Translations under genes and position numbers: made by a program
Source: Monocercomonoides exilis PA203
Taxonomy: Eukaryota; Protista; Preaxostyla
Assembly: GCA_001643675.2 (NCBI GenBank)
Contig: LSRY02000041.1
Span: 682,001 to 746,000 of the forward strand
Direction: 5' to 3'
Length of the DNA: 64,000 bases
Part shown: positions 59,051-64,000 of the stretch, piece by piece
How positions within the stretch are numbered: position 1 is the stretch's first letter
How the letters are laid out: each line of letters starts with the position of its first letter
The notes under the pieces: generated by a model
What the model was told of the DNA's origin: nothing
Seen by the model: only the letters and a program-made list of their open reading frames with translations
Database searches by the model: none

Positions 59051-59515
59051 TACATTGAATAAGTATTTTATTATATTTATTCAACAAAAATATTATTTTA
59101 TTTTTTGATTTTTGCAACTTTCTGCACACATTAAACAAGTATTAATAACGTTTAAATTGCTTATTTTTGACCATAATTAATTATATGCAAAAAATAGTAT
59201 GTCCACCAAGGTGCCTTCTGCCATTTTAAATTTAAATTCATGACGTGAATGAATTGTGCTTCATGCTTCAAATAATCATAATTTACAAATCGAGAGTATA
59301 ACAAGTTTATCAATGTTTGATAAATGATGCTTTTTCCTTTAAAAAATTTTTTTATTTGCAAATCTCAAAACCAACAAAGCTGAACTGAAAAAGAAAATAA
59401 AAACTGACGATTGAAAACTGAAAACAAAATTTGCTTCAAATGAAAAGAAAAACTCTTTGTCTCTATGAAATAACAAAATGAAAGAAAGAACTCTTAATAT
59501 CTGAACAAGGAAATT

Positions 59516-61550
59516 TCACAGAATCAAATAAACTTCAACAATAACTAACACAAGTGAACACTTGAAAAACGAAGTGTTCATGTGCTTGAAGAGCTTAACT
59601 GCAAAAGTCTCTGTTTTGTTGACAAAGCTTTCCCACCAATTAGGATCCGAGCCTTTAAGCCTTGCATAATAATCCCTTCGTATTTTCAATGCTTTTTCGG
59701 TTTCAAGCCTATCCATCCAAAATTATGATACTGTTTTTCTCATGTTCACCGCTTTTCCCACTGGCTTCCATGCTTTTTTTTCGTAGTGCTCGTCAAATCC
59801 AACAATAGCCTCGCCCTTTAAAAGCTTGCGCAATCCAAGTTTCATCCTCAGCCATTCAAATTTCTGAATGGCAAAATAATACCTACTGTCAATCTCTTCG
59901 TTCCACAATTCCACTTCCAATTCTTCACGCATGCCTTTTGAGTCATCAGGAATACATAACAATTCAAAAACCACAAAAGGAACAATCAAAGAAGCAATGC
60001 AAAAGCCAAAATGCAGCTTTATTGAGCCATCCAGCTTCAGCGGGACCAGAATCAGAAACGGAAGCACAACTACGCTGAAGACTGCCACTCCAATTAATAT
60101 AAGTCCTTCGTCAAAAGAATTCAGTTTTTCATTAAACCTTCTTCCAGTACATCCCATTGCAAAGAAACGGGCAAAGAGAATCAATGCGCTCCAAATTGAT
60201 AAAGAAAATATAGTTCTCCACTTGAGCGATGTCAGGCACAAAAACTCGATAAATATGAGCTGTTCAACATCATGCAATGCATTTTGTGAGAAAAAAAAGA
60301 AAAAAAAGAAAGAAAAGATTAATTTTCAAAAATTTCAAATTCATCAATCAGGTCAAACCGTCTGCTTTCAGCGAAGCAATCACAAAAAACATCAGCACGA
60401 AACCAGCTGAAATGACATCCAACAGCAAATACAGGTATTTTGAAAATGAAGCTGCCTGCTCATATTCACTCACCAATATTGCTGCAAATATCAAAGCAAC
60501 AAGTCCAAAATATGGCCATATGAACAGAAATTTCGGAATGTGCTTCCAAAAATAGTCGAAATACATCACAGTCAAAAGAATAATTCCGTTGGCAATATAC
60601 CACCATTTGTTTGAATATTCGCACTTTTTCGCACACGAAATGAAATAATCTACAAAACAATACGATCCAATCAGAAGTGTTGAAAATGTCAAAGTGTCTG
60701 CGAATGACTTTTTGGATGCTTTTCCGTTCGCTCTCACTCGAAAAGCAATTTCACTGTTCCTCGAGAAACTGAGTAATCCAAGTACGATCAAAATTTCTGA
60801 TATATATCGCAAAACAGAACAAATCGATGTTTTAAGCTTCGATTGCTTCAGCCTTTTCCTATTCTCCCCAGAGATCCGTGGAAAATCTCGTATGCACGCC
60901 AGCTCTTTGTATATTCTAAATGCAACAGGGAATAATTGCACAAAATATACATATTTAAGATATATAATCAATTAAAGAATAAAAAATGTTCAAATGCTTC
61001 AGAATACAAACTGCAACGTCTCCTTCCATCCCTTTGCGCTCACCCCGTATTTGTAGCTCTCTTTCCAGTCTTCTTCCGAACGAGGGTTAAAAAAATAAAT
61101 ATATTGAAATGCACAATCTGGCAGAAGGCAAATCTTGTGCATGAAGGGAATTATCGCTTGACACTTGATTTTCGCACATCTGTACAACCAGTGGGAAAAG
61201 GCAATGCAAAGCGTCAAATGTCGATTCTTTCTTTGAAAAATATGAAAAAACAAAAAAGACGAACTCTTCCGTTTTTGAGAGGAGATTGAATCGGCGATTC
61301 ACCTGCGATAACGAAAGAATCGTTGAAAAGTTGCATTTTCCAAAGATTCTGTTTGCAACAATCACACACAAAAAGGGCAAATCTTGTTTCATCAAAAGAT
61401 ATTGAAAATATAAACTCAAACATCCTCAAAATATCATCGGGAAGGCTGCCTGAATAAAACGATTTCAAATATAAAATATTGTAAATGAAGCACATCCGTA
61501 CCTAAACATGCATCTACAGCACTCTTGGAAGAGCTTTCTCTCATTTCCAT
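59516..61550 (-). pseudogene. Multi-exon multi-pass membrane protein, TMEM185/TMEM60-like motifs, possibly disrupted
   Basis: Hydrophobic ORF pieces with two LK(A/L)DG motifs (ASLKADG..LKWRTIF; PLKLDGSI). In-frame TAA at 59723-59725 is followed by about 68 more codons. No phase-correct acceptor found near 60240. Confidence 0.4.
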
Positions 61551-62966
61551 AAAAAACTGAAATAATAATTTATGGGGTTGTTTTTCAAAAAATCAAAAAA
61601 GAATTGGAATACACTTTCTATTTGATAAAAGTGTGTATTATAACAAAATGTCAAACAATTCAAAAATCTTGTAACAAATATGTTTCATTCCTTTTTTCTT
61701 CAGTTTTCAATCGAACAATACACATTTCATCGACTAATCTCTCGTTTTGTGAAAGTTATTTCATATGTTTCATTTCGTTTTTCATTCACAATTGCTTGTG
61801 AATGTCTTTCATTTTTTTCCCACTATCTGAAGAATTTTCAAATCTAATAAATCGAAGTTGAGGTTGTTGAAAAGAACACTTATTTGAAAACTTAATTTTT
61901 CAACTTTAAAAAGTGCCTTCTGAACAAACGAATAATTTCAACCATGGAAACATTCATCAAATACTGCAATGGTGTTTATCATATGAAAGATAACTGGACC
62001 TGTTGCATTTCTGTTTTCAGATGCGTTCAACTCACACACAACTTTGTATTTGAAGGCACATCAATCTGCTGAAGCTTCTTGATTTTCACTGACATCCTTG
62101 CTGATATAATGAAACTGCCAATACAAAATCATGGGAAGAGTTCATTTCAAATGACTATTTCGATAAATGCTCATTGCAAATATCGCAATTGCGTTCCGTT
62201 TTTTTGTTTCACCTCCTCCAAATGTTCAACAATGAACAACGGTTCGCATAAGATGAGACAGATGAGAAAGAACAAAATTTGGAGTATACGGAAGATAGAA
62301 ACTCTCTCGGAAACAAAAACACATCAACATTGATTTTAATAAATATCACAATGAAACGGTTTATTTGGAAATACGATCGAAGAGTGAGTCAATTATATTG
62401 ATTTGAAAAAGAAAGATATCACAATATGTGAGCTTTTTCAATTCTTTTGGAAGAAACAAGAATATAAACTGAAATCATCTGACGAGGTGGATAAAAAATT
62501 TTCAAAGGATAACATCAATAACACTTCATTTTTCCTGTTGTCAACATTTGTTTGAAAGAAACAATTTTTGAATCAAAGAATTATTTCAGGAGATTTTTCA
62601 CTGATGATTAAGTGCATTTTTTCATGTTCATACAGAAAAACCATTAGTGAAACATTTTTTCATGATTTTTCTTTTTTCGTTTTTCATCGATGAAACATTT
62701 TCTCTCCGCAAACAAAATCGAATCTTTTCAACTTTCATTTGATAAATGGGTTTATAAAATATATTTAGGGCGTTAACTTTCATATTATTTGAATCAGTTG
62801 ATCTTTCTTGATGAGTGTTTCATTAGTGGTGGAGACTGTCTAATGATGACAAACTCACTTTTCAAATGATCTTTGGATGATGAGCAAACCATTGATTATA
62901 TCTATTTGCGTTCAAATTAAGGATGTGTTGATCATTTGTGATATTGATCGTGAAACATCAAAACTC

Positions 62967-64000
62967 ATGATATTTATCATTCTGATTTTCACATTTGCAA
63001 TTTCACAAGAATTGGATGAAGGAAAACCTTATACAGTTTATGTGAAGCAAAGTGGAAGTGAAACCCACACTGGAACAGAGATCGGTCAGGAAAAGAAATC
63101 ATTGAAAAGTGCATATGGTCTTCTTGGAGATTATGAAGCATGCAAGATCTTTATTGTGAATGATGCAACTGCACTAACTGCACAGCAAACATCTTTCTAC
63201 AAAAATCAAGGAATCACCATTGAAGGAGTTGACAGCATAGGAACAAAAAATGAAGTTGTATCAATTAATTGTGATGTGCATCCAGAAGGAGATCTATTTT
63301 CTTGTGGTGGAGATACAGAATTCAAATATTTGGCAATCTATTTTCCTTCATCTTTGGGAGGATCCTCGAGTAATGCATTGGTTCATGGAAGTTCTGAAGA
63401 ATTAACTATAAAAAACTGTCAATTTATTCGGCCAACAACAAATGGGGGGAACAGTTAATTATTTCCTTGTGTATATGGAAAGAGGGAATTTAAATATAGA
63501 TTCAGTGGAGTGCGCTGATGAGAGTCGCACAGTTGCGTTTGAAAGTGGTATTTCTTATATAAGTGCATATACTGTTTCATTAACGAATTTGACATTGAAA
63601 ATAATATCTAGTTCTAATTCAATTGTTTCCATATATGGAGGTTATGATTGCAAATTGGATGTTTCTTTGAACAACTGCACATTCACTGAATGTCAAACAA
63701 ATGGTTCTCATTTGTTGTTCATTTTGGACAGTAATAGTGAAAGCTCATTTTCAGTTGGAGATGCGGGAGTTACTTCTTTCTCATCTTGTACTGGCATTAA
63801 ATCTGGAGGAATCTATTTGAATTTGTCAAATGCACGATCTGCATCTAAATTAATATGGCCAATAGATGGAAGGAATCTTGTGTTTCAAAAATGCAGTTGT
63901 GGAAAAGGAGAGTCAAAAAGAAATACTGGATTGTCAATATCATTGAATAATGATTCATTGTTCAAAGATATGGCAGATGCAATGAAGGCAAGCTTTGCAG
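62967..64000 (+). CDS. 5' part of a secreted beta-helix-type protein, frameshifted at a G6 run (63444-63449); runs off window
   Basis: Signal peptide MIFIILIFTFAIS, TVYVKQSG, IKNCQF. Removing one G gives NGGTVNYFLVYMERG..NNCTFTEC..SGGIYL open to the window end. Resembles the ectodomain style of 31815-40508. Confidence 0.7.

Noticed and set aside
61800-62500. Minus-strand coding-like fragment
   Set aside because: Stops in the frames examined and no recognisable motif.
1-64000. Non-canonical genetic code (TAA/TAG = Gln, known in some oxymonads)
   Set aside because: Gln-containing ORFs of 1600-4200 codons have no internal TAA/TAG, and conserved genes end at TAG or TAA.
1-64000. tRNA, rRNA or snRNA genes
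   Set aside because: None recognised by eye; a covariance-model scan would be needed to exclude them.

Overview
Eukaryotic, AT-rich, intron-containing genomic DNA. Short GT-AG introns, massive poly-Ser/poly-Glu tracts and a large Pmp-like receptor gene resemble an oxymonad such as Monocercomonoides (inference from style only). The standard genetic code applies. Recognisable genes: VID27, a short ABCC/MRP transporter, a prokaryote-type family-4 uracil-DNA glycosylase with a long disordered tail, EBP2 (5 exons, RGG tail), a TPM-domain membrane protein, a ~2900-aa beta-helix receptor-like protein ending in a truncated pseudokinase, and a 4211-aa UVRAG/Vps38-like protein fragmented by poly-Ser. 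There is also a ~1800-aa secreted protein built from mirror-symmetric cysteine ladders, the most novel coding signal here. Intergenic DNA is dense in DNA-transposon debris: two decayed Merlin/IS1595-type transposases, a nest of GGG...CCC MITEs with 4-bp TSDs, a Tc1-like MITE, a foldback family whose arms covary between copies, and a ~1-kb near-perfect palindrome. All calls come from reading the sequence and remembered family motifs; no searches were run.
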